Source of the DNA: Bacteroidota bacterium | GTDB lineage: Bacteria; Bacteroidota; Bacteroidia; JABDFU01 | Direction: 5' to 3' | DNA length: 64,000 bases | Assembly (NCBI GenBank): GCA_016183775.1 | Contig: JACPDY010000001.1 | Location: 2,190 to 66,189 of the forward strand | Shown: positions 37,405 to 48,600 of the stretch, one piece after another | Layout of the letters: every line of letters starts with the position of its first letter | Position numbering within the stretch: position 1 is the first letter of the stretch | Translations under genes and position numbers: made by a program | Notes under the pieces: generated by a model | Told to the model about the DNA's origin: nothing | What the model saw: the letters and a program-made list of their open reading frames with translations, nothing else | Database searches by the model: none

Positions 37405-40270
37405 AGCGCCGTCCCATAATGAAAACGAAGTACTGCAGATTTTCGGTGCGCGCGTGCATAATCTTAAAAATATTGATATAACCATACCCCGCAATAAATT
37501 AGTTGTCATTACCGGCTTAAGCGGAAGCGGAAAATCATCATTGGCCTTTGATACTATTTATGCCGAAGGGCAGCGCAGGTATATCGAAACATTTGCTTCT
37601 TACGCGCGCCAGTTTTTGGGTAATATGGAACGCCCGGATGTAGATAAGATTACGGGACTAAGTCCTGTTATTTCCATTGAGCAAAAAACTGTAAATAAAA
37701 ATCCCCGGTCAACCGTTGGTACTATTACTGAAATATATGATTTCCTGCGATTGCTTTATGCGAGGACCTCGGACGCTTATTCATATATTACCGGCGAAAG
37801 AATGATACGTTATTCCGATGACCAGATCATTAATCTGATTTCGAAAAAATATGTCGGGCAAAAAATACTTGTTTTAGCACCAATTGTTAAGGGACGGAAG
37901 GGACACTACCGCGAATTGTTTGAACAAATACGCAAACAGGGTTTTTTGCGTGTGCGGGTCGACGGTGAAGTCATGGAAATGACAGCGCGGATGCAGTTGG
38001 ATCGGTACAAGATCCATGATATTGATATTGTGATTGACCGGATTGATGTCAAACCCGATGGTCGTCAACGGATATCTGAATCGGTTCAATTGGCCATGAA
38101 GCATGGGAAGGGAATAATAATGATATTGCCTTACGATTCCAATAAGATCAATAATGAGTATGGTAAAGCGCAGCATTTCAGCCGGTTTTTAATGTGCCCT
38201 GCATCAGGCATATCGTATGATGAACCTCAACCCAACCTGTTCTCTTTTAATTCACCCTATGGTGCCTGTCCAAAGTGTAACGGGCTTGGTGTTATATCGC
38301 AAATTGATCTGAATAAAATAATTCCGAACAAGAAACTCAGCATTAGAAAAGGGGCTATACTTCCTGTCGGAATGTATAAAAACAGTTGGATATTTCGTCA
38401 GTTGGAAGCTATTGGTGATAAATATGGTTTTACACTTGATACGCCGGTGGAGGATATTACAGAGGATGCATTCAACATTATTTTATTTGGCTCGGAGGAG
38501 GTGTTTAAGGTAAAAATTTATTCGGAAGGGAATTCTACAAGCTATTCACTGAACTTTGAAGGTATTGTGAACTTTCTTACCCGTCAGCAGGAAGACGAAC
38601 AGTTGTCGCCTTCCATGGAGAAATGGCTGCAGGGTTTTATGGATATTGTAGTTTGTCCGAAATGTAATGGAGCGCGCTTAAAGAAAGAAGCGCTTTATTT
38701 TAAGGTGGCTGATAAGAATATTGCTGAGCTATCGGAGATGAGTATTTCGGAATTGCAAAAATGGTTTGCCAACATTGAGAACCGTATCAGTGAAAAAAAC
38801 AGGAAGATAGCTCATGAAATTCTGAAAGAGATACGTTCGCGGCTCTCCTTTTTGCTTGATGTTGGTTTGGATTATCTTTCCGTCAATCGCACTTCACGCA
38901 GTTTGTCAGGTGGTGAAGCACAGCGGATTCGCCTGGCAACGCAGATCGGCTCACAGCTTGTTGGTGTATTATACATTTTGGATGAACCCAGTATTGGGCT
39001 GCATCAACGTGACAATTACCGTTTGATACAGGCATTGAAAAATTTACGCGACATTGGCAATTCCGTTATCGTAGTTGAGCACGATAAAGAGATGATCCTT
39101 GCCGCTGATCATGTTATTGATATTGGTCCCAAAGCCGGTATCCATGGCGGGCATATTGTTGCCCAGGGGTCGCCGGAGGAATTACTTAAATATAATACCC
39201 TTACTTCTGAGTATATTACTGAAAGAAAGACTATTGCTATACCATCTTCGCGGCGACCGGGTTCAGGAAAGTCGCTTTTATTGCAAGGTGCAACCGGGCA
39301 TAATTTAAAAAATGTCACCATTGAATTACCCCTGGGAAAATTTATTTGTGTTACAGGTGTGTCGGGAAGCGGGAAATCATCGCTCATAAATGAAACATTG
39401 TATCCGCTTTTAAATAATTATTTCTATCGCTCAAGCAGGAGGGTTCTGCCATACAAGAATATAAGAGGTTTGGAGTATCTTGATAAAGTGATTGATATTG
39501 ATCAGTCTCCAATAGGACGTACTCCGCGCTCAAATCCGGCAACCTATACCACTATTTTTTCCGATATACGTAATCTGTTTGCTGAAACCCAGGAAGCAAA
39601 GATCCGTGGCTATAAGCCGGGACGGTTTTCCTTTAATGTAAAGGGTGGCCGCTGTGAAACCTGCCAGGGCGCTGGTTTACGGACCATCGAAATGAATTTT
39701 TTACCTGATGTATATGTGAATTGTGAAACGTGTAATGGCAAACGCTATAATCGTGAGACCATTGAAATACGATATAAAGGGAAGTCAATAAGCGACGTAC
39801 TTAATATGACGATTGATCAGGCGGTGGAGTTTTTTGAAAGTATTCCGTCGATCATCCAGAAAATACGAACTTTGAAAGAAGTCGGGCTTGGTTATATTAC
39901 TCTTGGTCAGCAAAGTACAACCTTATCAGGCGGCGAGGCCCAACGTGTAAAACTGGCCACAGAATTATCAAAACGTGATACAGGAAATACCTTTTATATC
40001 CTGGATGAACCTACTACGGGACTTCATTTTGAAGATATTCGTATATTGCTGGACGTGCTGAATAAATTGGCGGATCATGGTAATACAGTTTTAGTGATCG
40101 AACACAATATGGACATTATTAAAGTTGCTGATCATATTATTGATCTTGGTCCGGAGGGTGGGAGTGGGGGTGGAACAATTATATGTGAAGGAACTCCTGA
40201 GCAAGTAATAAAGAATAAACAGAGTTACACAGCTCAATACCTGAAAAAAGAATTTGTAATGGTTTCCTGA
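37394..40270 (+). CDS. uvrA: Excinuclease ABC subunit A
   Basis: [13 protein letters not shown].....[26 protein letters not shown], zinc-finger CPKCNG and CETCQG, and two ABC signatures LSGGEAQR. Confidence 0.97.
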   Translation: MDSKAPSHNENEVLQIFGARVHNLKNIDITIPRNKLVVITGLSGSGKSSLAFDTIYAEGQRRYIETFASYARQFLGNMERPDVDKITGLSPVISIEQKTVNKNPRSTVGTITEIYDFLRLLYARTSDAYSYITGERMIRYSDDQIINLISKKYVGQKILVLAPIVKGRKGHYRELFEQIRKQGFLRVRVDGEVMEMTARMQLDRYKIHDIDIVIDRIDVKPDGRQRISESVQLAMKHGKGIIMILPYDSNKINNEYGKAQHFSRFLMCPASGISYDEPQPNLFSFNSPYGACPKCNGLGVISQIDLNKIIPNKKLSIRKGAILPVGMYKNSWIFRQLEAIGDKYGFTLDTPVEDITEDAFNIILFGSEEVFKVKIYSEGNSTSYSLNFEGIVNFLTRQQEDEQLSPSMEKWLQGFMDIVVCPKCNGARLKKEALYFKVADKNIAELSEMSISELQKWFANIENRISEKNRKIAHEILKEIRSRLSFLLDVGLDYLSVNRTSRSLSGGEAQRIRLATQIGSQLVGVLYILDEPSIGLHQRDNYRLIQALKNLRDIGNSVIVVEHDKEMILAADHVIDIGPKAGIHGGHIVAQGSPEELLKYNTLTSEYITERKTIAIPSSRRPGSGKSLLLQGATGHNLKNVTIELPLGKFICVTGVSGSGKSSLINETLYPLLNNYFYRSSRRVLPYKNIRGLEYLDKVIDIDQSPIGRTPRSNPATYTTIFSDIRNLFAETQEAKIRGYKPGRFSFNVKGGRCETCQGAGLRTIEMNFLPDVYVNCETCNGKRYNRETIEIRYKGKSISDVLNMTIDQAVEFFESIPSIIQKIRTLKEVGLGYITLGQQSTTLSGGEAQRVKLATELSKRDTGNTFYILDEPTTGLHFEDIRILLDVLNKLADHGNTVLVIEHNMDIIKVADHIIDLGPEGGSGGGTIICEGTPEQVIKNKQSYTAQYLKKEFVMVS

Positions 40271-40300
40271 ATTAACAAGTTGATATAAATAGACTATACC

Positions 40301-41017
40301 ATGAGCATAAATCAAAACGAAGAAAAGATCCGTAAAGCGTTTGCCGATAAAACCTGGCAGGAAGTTAAAGCTACCGACTCCTGGAAAATATTTAAAATAA
40401 TGTCGGAGTTTGTTAATGGGTTTGAGAAGATGGGAAAGATCGGGCCCTGTGTTTCCGTATTCGGATCCGCGCGTACCAAACCTGAAAGTGAGTATTATAA
40501 ACTTGCCGAAGAGATCGCTTTTAAACTTACACGCGAAGGATACGGTGTTATAACAGGCGGAGGTCCCGGAATTATGGAAGCCGCCAATCGGGGTGCAAAA
40601 GCCGGCGGCGGAAAATCAGTTGGTTTAAATATTGTTCTGCCTTTTGAACAGTCTTCAAATCCGTTTATTGATAAAGATAAAATAATCGATTTCGATTATT
40701 TTTTTGTGCGCAAAACTATCTTCCTTATGTATTCACAGGGTTTTATCGCGTTGCCGGGAGGCTTTGGTACGCTGGATGAATTATTCGAAGCCCTTACATT
40801 GATACAAACCACTAAAATAGCTCACTTCCCAATTGTACTTGCCGGAAAAAAATACTGGACAGGATTATTGGATTGGATTAAAACCACCATGCTTCTGGAA
40901 GAACATAACATCAGTGCTGAAGATCTTGATCTGTTTAAAGTAGTTGATTCGGCTGATGAAGCGGTGAAAGTAATTGTTGATTTTTATGCGCAATATTTGC
41001 TTAAACCCAATTTCTAA
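40301..41017 (+). CDS. LOG-family (TIGR00730-type) nucleotide phosphoribohydrolase
   Basis: GGGPGIMEAANRGA and PGGFGTLDELFE motifs. Confidence 0.85.
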   Translation: MSINQNEEKIRKAFADKTWQEVKATDSWKIFKIMSEFVNGFEKMGKIGPCVSVFGSARTKPESEYYKLAEEIAFKLTREGYGVITGGGPGIMEAANRGAKAGGGKSVGLNIVLPFEQSSNPFIDKDKIIDFDYFFVRKTIFLMYSQGFIALPGGFGTLDELFEALTLIQTTKIAHFPIVLAGKKYWTGLLDWIKTTMLLEEHNISAEDLDLFKVVDSADEAVKVIVDFYAQYLLKPNF

Positions 41018-41084
41018 CGGTTTATTAATTTCGTTACATCTTTTGATCAGGGCTGCCAGTTTAATACTCACACTGCAATGATTT

Positions 41085-41120
41085 CAGGGATGACATCGCT
41101 TCCAAGCGATGTCATCCCTG
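41085..41120. terminator. Perfect 16-bp palindrome CAGGGATGACATCGCT-tcca-AGCGATGTCATCCCTG between convergent genes
   Basis: It lies between the LOG-family stop codon (41017) and the giant gene A stop codon (41125). The left arm recurs at 20079. Confidence 0.6.
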
Positions 41121-41124
41121 ATTA

Positions 41125-44100
41125 TTATGGAGCTGTCAGGCTGATGTTAACACTGCATCCGTTTTTATCCTTCACGTTTATGGAATATATTCCCGGGCAA
41201 AGTTGATTTTTATACCGGTTCGCATAGCCATCCGGCCATGTGTAGCTGTATGGGTTAGTACCTCCTGCAGCATTTACCATTATCCATTCTTTACAGCCAC
41301 AACCACTACAGCTTGCCGTACCCTTTGTAAATTGTCCGGCTAAAGGAGGTGGAGAAAGTATCGTAGCTATTGATATTGCACTGCAGCCTTTACTATCAGT
41401 TACTGTAACGGTATAATTTCCCGCGCTCAAACCTGAAACCTGGAACCCGGAACCCAATCCATTACTCCAGTTATAAGCAAAGGGTGAAGTCCCTCCTCCT
41501 GGATTTGCGAATGAGCTACCGTTTGTACCACCATTACAAGTTATGTTGGTTGGTGTTATGGTTACAGTAACAGCAGGATTAACTGTAACTACTGCTGTTG
41601 AGGAGGACGTATTACCCCCGGAGTCAGTTACAGTTATGGTGTAAATTGTGGTTGTAACAGGACATGGATTTATATTTTGTGTAGTGGCGCCATTGTTCCA
41701 CAAATAGGTATAAGGACCTGTGCCGCCTGTGCTACTTGATGTAATTGCTGCGCAGGAACCCGGACATACCGAGCTGCCGGTAGCTGTAACTGTTGGGCCA
41801 TTACAATTGGTGATAGTAATGTTCAGTGTTATTGTGCTGCTGCAGCCTGCATTCGTTACTGTATGGGTAACACTATATACCCCGGCAGTTAAAAAAGTAT
41901 AAGAGAAATTTGCGGTTGTACCGCTTACATTTGCAGGTGTTAATGGAGAAATTACCCAGCTATACGTGCCTATTGATCCTATATTGGTAAAGGTTACCGC
42001 GGCGCCCAGGCAAGCAGGAGAATTTGTAAATGCAGCAGAAACAGGACTTGTGCCTGTAATGGAATATGATCTGGTCGCAGTACACCCATTGACATCCGCT
42101 ACTGTTACCGTATAGTTGCCGGTAGCAAGGCCGGAAGCATTTTGTGTAGTAAAGCCATTGCTCCAATTATAGGTATAAGGTACTCCTGCATTTCCATTTA
42201 CCGTTACTGATGCGCTGCCACTTGTGGTACAAGTGATATTTGTGCTTGATCCTGTAAGTGACAGTGGAAATACCGGAGTAACTGTTCCTGTAACACTACA
42301 TCCGTTAGCATCTGTTACAGTAACCGTATATGGATTGATATTTAATCCGTTGGCTGTTGCTGATGCCTGGCCATTGCTCCATAAATAGGAGTAAGATGGT
42401 GTTCCGTTTGTAGGGTATACAGTTGCAGTACCACTATTATTCCCGCATGACCATTGCGTTGTAAAACCCGCAACCAGTTGCAGAGGCTGGGTGATAGTTA
42501 CAGTTTGTTTGGCTGTGCAGCCGTTTTTATCAGTTACTGTTACTGTATAGGTCCCCGCTCCAATGTTGTTTGCTACAGATGTAGTTTGTGAGTTACTCCA
42601 CAAAAAAGTATACGGAGTAGTACCTCCTGAAGGGTTTGCTGATGCAGTTCCGGTCATGCTTCCATAGCAAAGTGTATTACTTGCAGTTGTTGTTAATGTT
42701 ATTCCGCCCGATGGAACTATAGTTACTGATTGTGAGCCGCCACAACCGCCATTGTCTGTAACAGTTACTGTATAGGAACCTGCTCCCAGGCCGCTGGATG
42801 TACTGGTAGTTTGCCCGTTACTCCATATATAAGTATACGGTGCTGTGCCGCCCGTTGTACCTACTGTTGCTGTTCCGTTGGAGAAAGAGCAGGTATTGGA
42901 AGTGGGTGTAGTAACCAGTGTTAATACACTTCCTGCTCCGGTTATAGTGTAATAAACAGTATCACGATTAATTATACATGAAGCATCTTTTACTTCCGTC
43001 CAATAATTACCCGGGCAAAGTCCCGTAACAGTATTACTGTTGGTACTTGCGTTTATCGTGCTGCTGCCATTGCTCCAGGCATAACTGTAATTTGGAATAG
43101 CGCAATTTACAACCACGGTGGCACTGCCATTACAGCCACAACCAGTAACATTAACCTGGCTTTGTATATAAGCAGGTTTTTCCGGAATGAATTTTGCGAT
43201 ATATACATCATCATCTCCGTTATGTGAATTATCAAAATAAGCTCCGCCACCCGGGTTAGTTGTGGGATAAGTTGCATTGTTTACAACTCCTCCCGAAGTT
43301 GCATCCGACTCATGTCCCACGGAACTCCACTCTCCGGCAATAAATAAATTTCCATTGTTGTCTGTTGCCAATGGACAGCGAAAGTCACTTCCGTTGCCTC
43401 CAAAATGTGTAGTCCAATCCAATACCCCGGAATTAGAGAAGCGCGTTATGAAAATATCGTATGACATAAAAGGACTCGTATTTCCGCTTGACATATTGAA
43501 GCCACCTTTGTATGATGCACTATATGAACAAGAAAGAGATTTAACCGGGATATTAGTCGACGAGGTTTCAAAAGTAACATATACCCTATTGCAATTGTCT
43601 ATTGCAATATTGGAATTTGTTGAGCCAGAATATTGATTGGCTAACATTGATTCAATTCCTGTGCCGCCATAATAAGTTGCCCAAAGCAATACTCCGCTAT
43701 TGTTGAATTTCAAAATAAAAGCGTCAGATTGGCCAGCATTGGTGTTTTGAAAATATGTACCACCACCTGGATTGACAAGGCGGCCTAATGCATTTAAGTT
43801 TGTTGAAGTGGTACCCCCTGAAGCAAAAATGTTACCCGCTCTATCAATAGCTAATGAAAAACTTATACTAAAGTTTATCCCAAAGGCAGAAACTTCATTG
43901 TTGTTTCCTCCATAGTAAGTTGCCCAAAGCAATACTCCGCTATTACTGAATTTTAAAATAAATGCATCATCCAGGCCCGCATTGGTATTTTGAAAATACG
44001 CGCCACCTCCGGGATTGACCAGGCGGCCCAATACATTCAGATCCGTTGAGCTGGTCCTTCCAATAACTACAATGTTACCCATGTTGTCAACAGCAACAGA

Positions 44101-45621
44101 ACTCGCCAAGTCTCCTCCCGTACCGCCATAATAAGTACCCCATAATAAAACTCCCGCATTTGAAAACTTAACTATAAATGCATCCCTGCCTCCGCCACTC
44201 CCCTGGAAGTATGTTCCGGCATTTAGTAAATTTAAATTAGGGCCATCAGCTCCTCCAACTACATATACATTGCCACTATTATCTACTGCAACCGAAGTAG
44301 CCTTTTCCCATCCGAGGGCATTGACATTGGTATCCCCATAAGAGGTACTCCATATTAATGTTCCGCCGGAATTAAATTTCAGGATCAATGGATCATATCC
44401 ACGTATGCCGGGTTGAAAATATGCACCGCCGCCTGGATTTACCATGCGCCCCAGTGTATTTAAATCTCCTGCACAAGTCCATCCTACAACGAATACATTT
44501 CCTGTGGCATCAAAGGCAATACCATATAGCTCTGTATGACAGCTTCCGCCGTAATAAGTAGCCCATTGCATCACCCCATTATTGCTAAATTTGAGAATAA
44601 GGCCATGATAATTATATCCGACAGGGCCTACATTTTGAAAATATGCGCCGCCACCCTGATCAAGTAAAGTAAGGCCGGGACTTAAGGTGTAAGCCGCAAC
44701 ATATATATTTCCATTTACATCTGCTGAAATATCAATAGCTCCCTCATTTTGATTTGAACCATAAAATGTTGCCCATGAAAGCTGTGGATCAATGATCAAA
44801 GTCTGATGCTGCATATTAATACATCCCGGATCAATTTGATACGAAATTTCTGTTTCAAACCCTTCGTCGGTATTGTTAGGGCTGCATCTGTTAACTTTTG
44901 TTTTATTAAACCGTGTTGCAATTATCTTCCCCGTTTCCTTTACATAGCTCACAGGATTTTTTTCTGTCAATAGTCCTAAAGGAGTTTCAATTTTTATATT
45001 GCCTTGTTCATCAATTTCCAATTTGTTTTTTGAACGATAAAGCAGTCGGATTTGATTGCGGTCAGCACCCGGATGTACTACAAAATCATATTTAAATCCC
45101 GATTCATTTGTATTATACAGCACCCAGTCAACTCCGGGATAAACATCCTGAATGATTATTTTGTCGTATTCCCTGACAGTAACTCCACCATAAACATTAC
45201 CGGAGTAAAACTGTTTAAAATAAGCCGAAGCCCCGTCTTTTATTATCTTCTCACTTTTAATAATTCCTCCCTTAAGATCCATATCCACGCGGACTCTGTT
45301 TGTATTTAAGGTCAAGAGATCACTTGCGGCTCTATTCGTTTCCCTTTCTCCTTCAGCTTCTTCTTTCTCAAATAACATAAATGTTAATCCTTTTTCGGTA
45401 ACATATAGGTCAATATTAGGGGCTTCGGCTTTAAACAATACAAAAGGTATCGACTTGCCGTTGATGTCAGTCATCTGCCCTTTGTTTTCCAGGAATTTTA
45501 CAGGTTGGTTGTGGAGCCATTGCTGCGCCTGCTTTTTGAGTTCAGTTTCGTTCTCTGTTTTTGCCGCAAACAAGGATAGGCCTGTGAGAAAAAAAGAGAG
45601 GTATGTGAAATTTTTTTTCAT
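41125..45621 (-). CDS. Giant secreted SBBP / SprB-repeat protein, tandem copy A (last of three)
   Basis: The ATG at 45619-45621 gives MKKNFTYLSFFLTGLSLFAAKTENE..., so the track ORF is extended by 8 codons. It has the N-domain FLENKGQMTDINGKSIPFVLF, about 10 SBBP-type blades, about 8 SprB-type repeats, and the terminal CSGCGCKEW module. Confidence 0.9.
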   Translation of the reverse strand: MKKNFTYLSFFLTGLSLFAAKTENETELKKQAQQWLHNQPVKFLENKGQMTDINGKSIPFVLFKAEAPNIDLYVTEKGLTFMLFEKEEAEGERETNRAASDLLTLNTNRVRVDMDLKGGIIKSEKIIKDGASAYFKQFYSGNVYGGVTVREYDKIIIQDVYPGVDWVLYNTNESGFKYDFVVHPGADRNQIRLLYRSKNKLEIDEQGNIKIETPLGLLTEKNPVSYVKETGKIIATRFNKTKVNRCSPNNTDEGFETEISYQIDPGCINMQHQTLIIDPQLSWATFYGSNQNEGAIDISADVNGNIYVAAYTLSPGLTLLDQGGGAYFQNVGPVGYNYHGLILKFSNNGVMQWATYYGGSCHTELYGIAFDATGNVFVVGWTCAGDLNTLGRMVNPGGGAYFQPGIRGYDPLILKFNSGGTLIWSTSYGDTNVNALGWEKATSVAVDNSGNVYVVGGADGPNLNLLNAGTYFQGSGGGRDAFIVKFSNAGVLLWGTYYGGTGGDLASSVAVDNMGNIVVIGRTSSTDLNVLGRLVNPGGGAYFQNTNAGLDDAFILKFSNSGVLLWATYYGGNNNEVSAFGINFSISFSLAIDRAGNIFASGGTTSTNLNALGRLVNPGGGTYFQNTNAGQSDAFILKFNNSGVLLWATYYGGTGIESMLANQYSGSTNSNIAIDNCNRVYVTFETSSTNIPVKSLSCSYSASYKGGFNMSSGNTSPFMSYDIFITRFSNSGVLDWTTHFGGNGSDFRCPLATDNNGNLFIAGEWSSVGHESDATSGGVVNNATYPTTNPGGGAYFDNSHNGDDDVYIAKFIPEKPAYIQSQVNVTGCGCNGSATVVVNCAIPNYSYAWSNGSSTINASTNSNTVTGLCPGNYWTEVKDASCIINRDTVYYTITGAGSVLTLVTTPTSNTCSFSNGTATVGTTGGTAPYTYIWSNGQTTSTSSGLGAGSYTVTVTDNGGCGGSQSVTIVPSGGITLTTTASNTLCYGSMTGTASANPSGGTTPYTFLWSNSQTTSVANNIGAGTYTVTVTDKNGCTAKQTVTITQPLQLVAGFTTQWSCGNNSGTATVYPTNGTPSYSYLWSNGQASATANGLNINPYTVTVTDANGCSVTGTVTPVFPLSLTGSSTNITCTTSGSASVTVNGNAGVPYTYNWSNGFTTQNASGLATGNYTVTVADVNGCTATRSYSITGTSPVSAAFTNSPACLGAAVTFTNIGSIGTYSWVISPLTPANVSGTTANFSYTFLTAGVYSVTHTVTNAGCSSTITLNITITNCNGPTVTATGSSVCPGSCAAITSSSTGGTGPYTYLWNNGATTQNINPCPVTTTIYTITVTDSGGNTSSSTAVVTVNPAVTVTITPTNITCNGGTNGSSFANPGGGTSPFAYNWSNGLGSGFQVSGLSAGNYTVTVTDSKGCSAISIATILSPPPLAGQFTKGTASCSGCGCKEWIMVNAAGGTNPYSYTWPDGYANRYKNQLCPGIYSINVKDKNGCSVNISLTAP
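41430..41457. repeat. In-CDS heptamer array AACCTGA AACCTGG AACCCGG AACCCAA
   Basis: Four units. This is the complement of the GGGTTCC/GGTTTCA family, and it encodes ..GSGFQVSGLS.. in the penultimate SprB repeat of gene A. It could be partly explained by Gly/Ser codons. Confidence 0.5.
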
Positions 45622-45641
45622 GGGTATAGTATTGTCCTTAA

Positions 45642-48600
45642 TCACGGTGCTGTAAGATTAACGTTAACACTGCAGCCATTTTTATCTTTTACATTTATAG
45701 AATATGTCCCAGGGCAAAGTTGATTTTTATACCGGTTCACATATCCATCCGGCCAGGTGTAGCTATAGGGCTCTATACCCCCTGTTGCATTTATCATTAT
45801 CCATTCTTTACAACCACAACCAATACAGTTGGCCGTGCCTTTGGTAAATAATACTGAAAGGGGAGGAGGAGAAGTTATCGCTGTAGTTGAAGTTGCGGTG
45901 CAACCTTTGCTGTCTGTCAACGTGATGGTATAATTTCCAGCACTCAAACCTGAAACAGTTGAACCTGAAACTAAATTACTCCAGCTGTATGTAAACCCGG
46001 GCGTACCACTGGTTGGATTTGCATTCGCGTTGCCGTTTGTACCACCATTGCAGCTTATGTTGGTTGCAGTTGTGTTAACAGTTACTGCAGGGTTAACTGT
46101 TACTACTGCTGTTGAAGTGGATGTATTTCCACCGGTATCTTTTATTGTTACCGTGTAGGTAGTAGTAACTAAAGGGCATGGTGCCGGTGTATTGTTTTGT
46201 GTGGTCACACCGTTGCTCCATAGGTAGGTATATGGAGGGGCTCCTCCTACAGCACTCGCTGTTATTGTTGCGCACACGCCCGGACAAACAGATGCGCCTG
46301 TGGTAGTTATAGCTGGGCTATTGCAGTTTGTAACATTTATATATTGGGTAACTGCGTTTGTGCAGCCGGCATTAGTTACAGTATGAGTAACGCTGTAAGT
46401 TCCGGCGGTTAAAAAAGTGGTGCAGAAGTTTGTTGTTGTTCCGCTAACATTCACAGGAGCTTCGATAGTCCATGAATGAGTGCCTGCAGAACCGGTATGG
46501 GTAAAACAGGATGGTTGATTTAAACAAACAGGTGGGCTGGTAAAGGTTGCAGAAGCCGCGCTTGATCCTGTTATGGTAACGGAACGGGTAACAGTACAGC
46601 CATTCCCATCGGTTACTGTAACTGTATATGTTCCCGCCGCAAGGTTTTTATTCAGGCAGGGGTTGCCACAATTTCCTCCTACTGTTGAACCGTTGCTCCA
46701 ACTGTAAGTATAAGAGTATAATGTGGGACCTGAAGCAGTTACCCCTGCGTAACTGTATCCGGTACAGGCAATGTTTTCGCTACTGGTACTAACAGACATT
46801 GGTTCATAAATTGATGTGAGTTCAGATGAGGCACATCCTTTGGAGTCGGTAATGGTAACAGAATAGGCTCCCAAACCTAAACCGGTTGCCGTTGGTGATG
46901 TGGAGCCGGTACTCCATGTGTACAAATAAGGAGGAAATCCACCTGATGCGCTTGCTGTGGCTGTACCCAAATTTGCCGCACAAACCGGTTGGGTAATTTT
47001 CGGAAGAAGCGGAGTGGGCTGACTTAGTACAATGGTGGATACTGAGACACAGGAACCCGTATTTACTGTTACAGTATATGTTCCGGCTTGTAAGTTTGTT
47101 GCCTGATTTGAGACCGATGAAGTAATGGCCTTAGTGCCATTGCTCCAGCTATACGTATAAGGTCCGGCGGGCCCGTTGCTGACTGTTACTATTGCGCCTC
47201 CTGTTGCGCCGAAACATTTGATACTTGGGTTTTCAACAATGGAGGCAGACATACTGCATCCGCAATTAATATCGCTGAGAGAAAACCTGGCCGTATCCTT
47301 ATTTCCGCAGGCGGAAGTTACTTCAACCCAGTAATTACCCGCACACAAGCCGGATATGCTGTCGGAGGTAACTGCGGTATTTAAAACTGTGCGTCCGGTA
47401 CTCCATATATAGCTTATTCCTGGCATATCGCATTGGGCGGTTACCTTTACTTTTCCGTTACAAGCATTGCATCCAATAGGATTATGTTGTTCGCTTTCCA
47501 GCGTCGTGGAAGATTCCGGTTTAAAACCAAGTTTGGCAATATACATATCATCCCTGCCACCATTGAATGAATTATTGAAATAGGTTCCGACACCGGCATT
47601 TGCAAGCGGATAAGTAGTGTTGCTTACTGCTGCGGAATTGAATTCAGTCCACTCTCCGCCCACAAACAAATTTCCGACATTGTCTAACGTTATCGGACTT
47701 CGAAAATCATTTCCATTGCCGCCAAAATAGGTACCCCATTGTAAAACTCCTGTATTGGAAAAACGAGCTAAGTAAATATCATTACTCCCGTTAGAAGTGC
47801 CGTCAAAATAAGCGCCTGAAAGAAATTGCACAGGAATGTCGGATGACCCTGTTTCAAACGACACAAAGAGGTGCCCGCATTCATCTGTTTGTATATTGTT
47901 ATGAGTTAAGAGTTCTGCGGGCCCCCGCGCAAGAATTGAAGGCAGTAGGCCAAGTGAGTATTCTGCCGAACTTCCCCCGTAATAAGTTGCCCAAAGACGC
48001 ATTCCGTTGTTGTCGAATTTAAGGATAAATGCATCGGAGTAGCCACTTAATGTTGATTTATAGTAGGAGTTTCCGCCTGGACTAAGGGTAGGCAGATCGG
48101 TTGATTTGGTTGAACCTGTTATAAAAACATTACCGCTACAATCGGTGGCAATAGAATAGCCATAATCATTTCCCTTTCCGCCATAAAAAGTCGCCCACAA
48201 GCGCACCCCATTATTACTGAATTTTAAAATGATAACATCTCCATTAAATACACCGGCGTAATTAGATCCTCCTCCATAACTTTGGGAATATGTTCCTGCC
48301 GGGGTGTATATAGGGAAAGACGATGAATTTAGGGAGGGGTTTTCAAAAACTCCGCTTACTCCTGTTATAAATACATTTCCAAAATTATCAACAACAATTG
48401 AATGCCCTGCCTCATCTTCATTTCCGCCATAACAAGTTGCCCATAGGAGTATACCTGTGTTGTTAAATTTTAGAATGAATAAATCCATCATACCAGAACT
48501 GTTTGGTACCTGAAAATAGGCCCCTCCTCCCGGATTATAAGTTGGAAATTGTGGGGGATTTCCTACTGTCATCATTGAGTTTGTCCATCCCGTTACAAAT

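Noticed and set aside
45947-45975. Heptamer array in copy B at the site homologous to 50392 and 41430
   Set aside because: AACCTGAAAC occurs twice, but with a 15-nt spacing and interrupted phase. The sequence encodes the consensus VSGLS of the SprB repeat and is adequately explained by codons.
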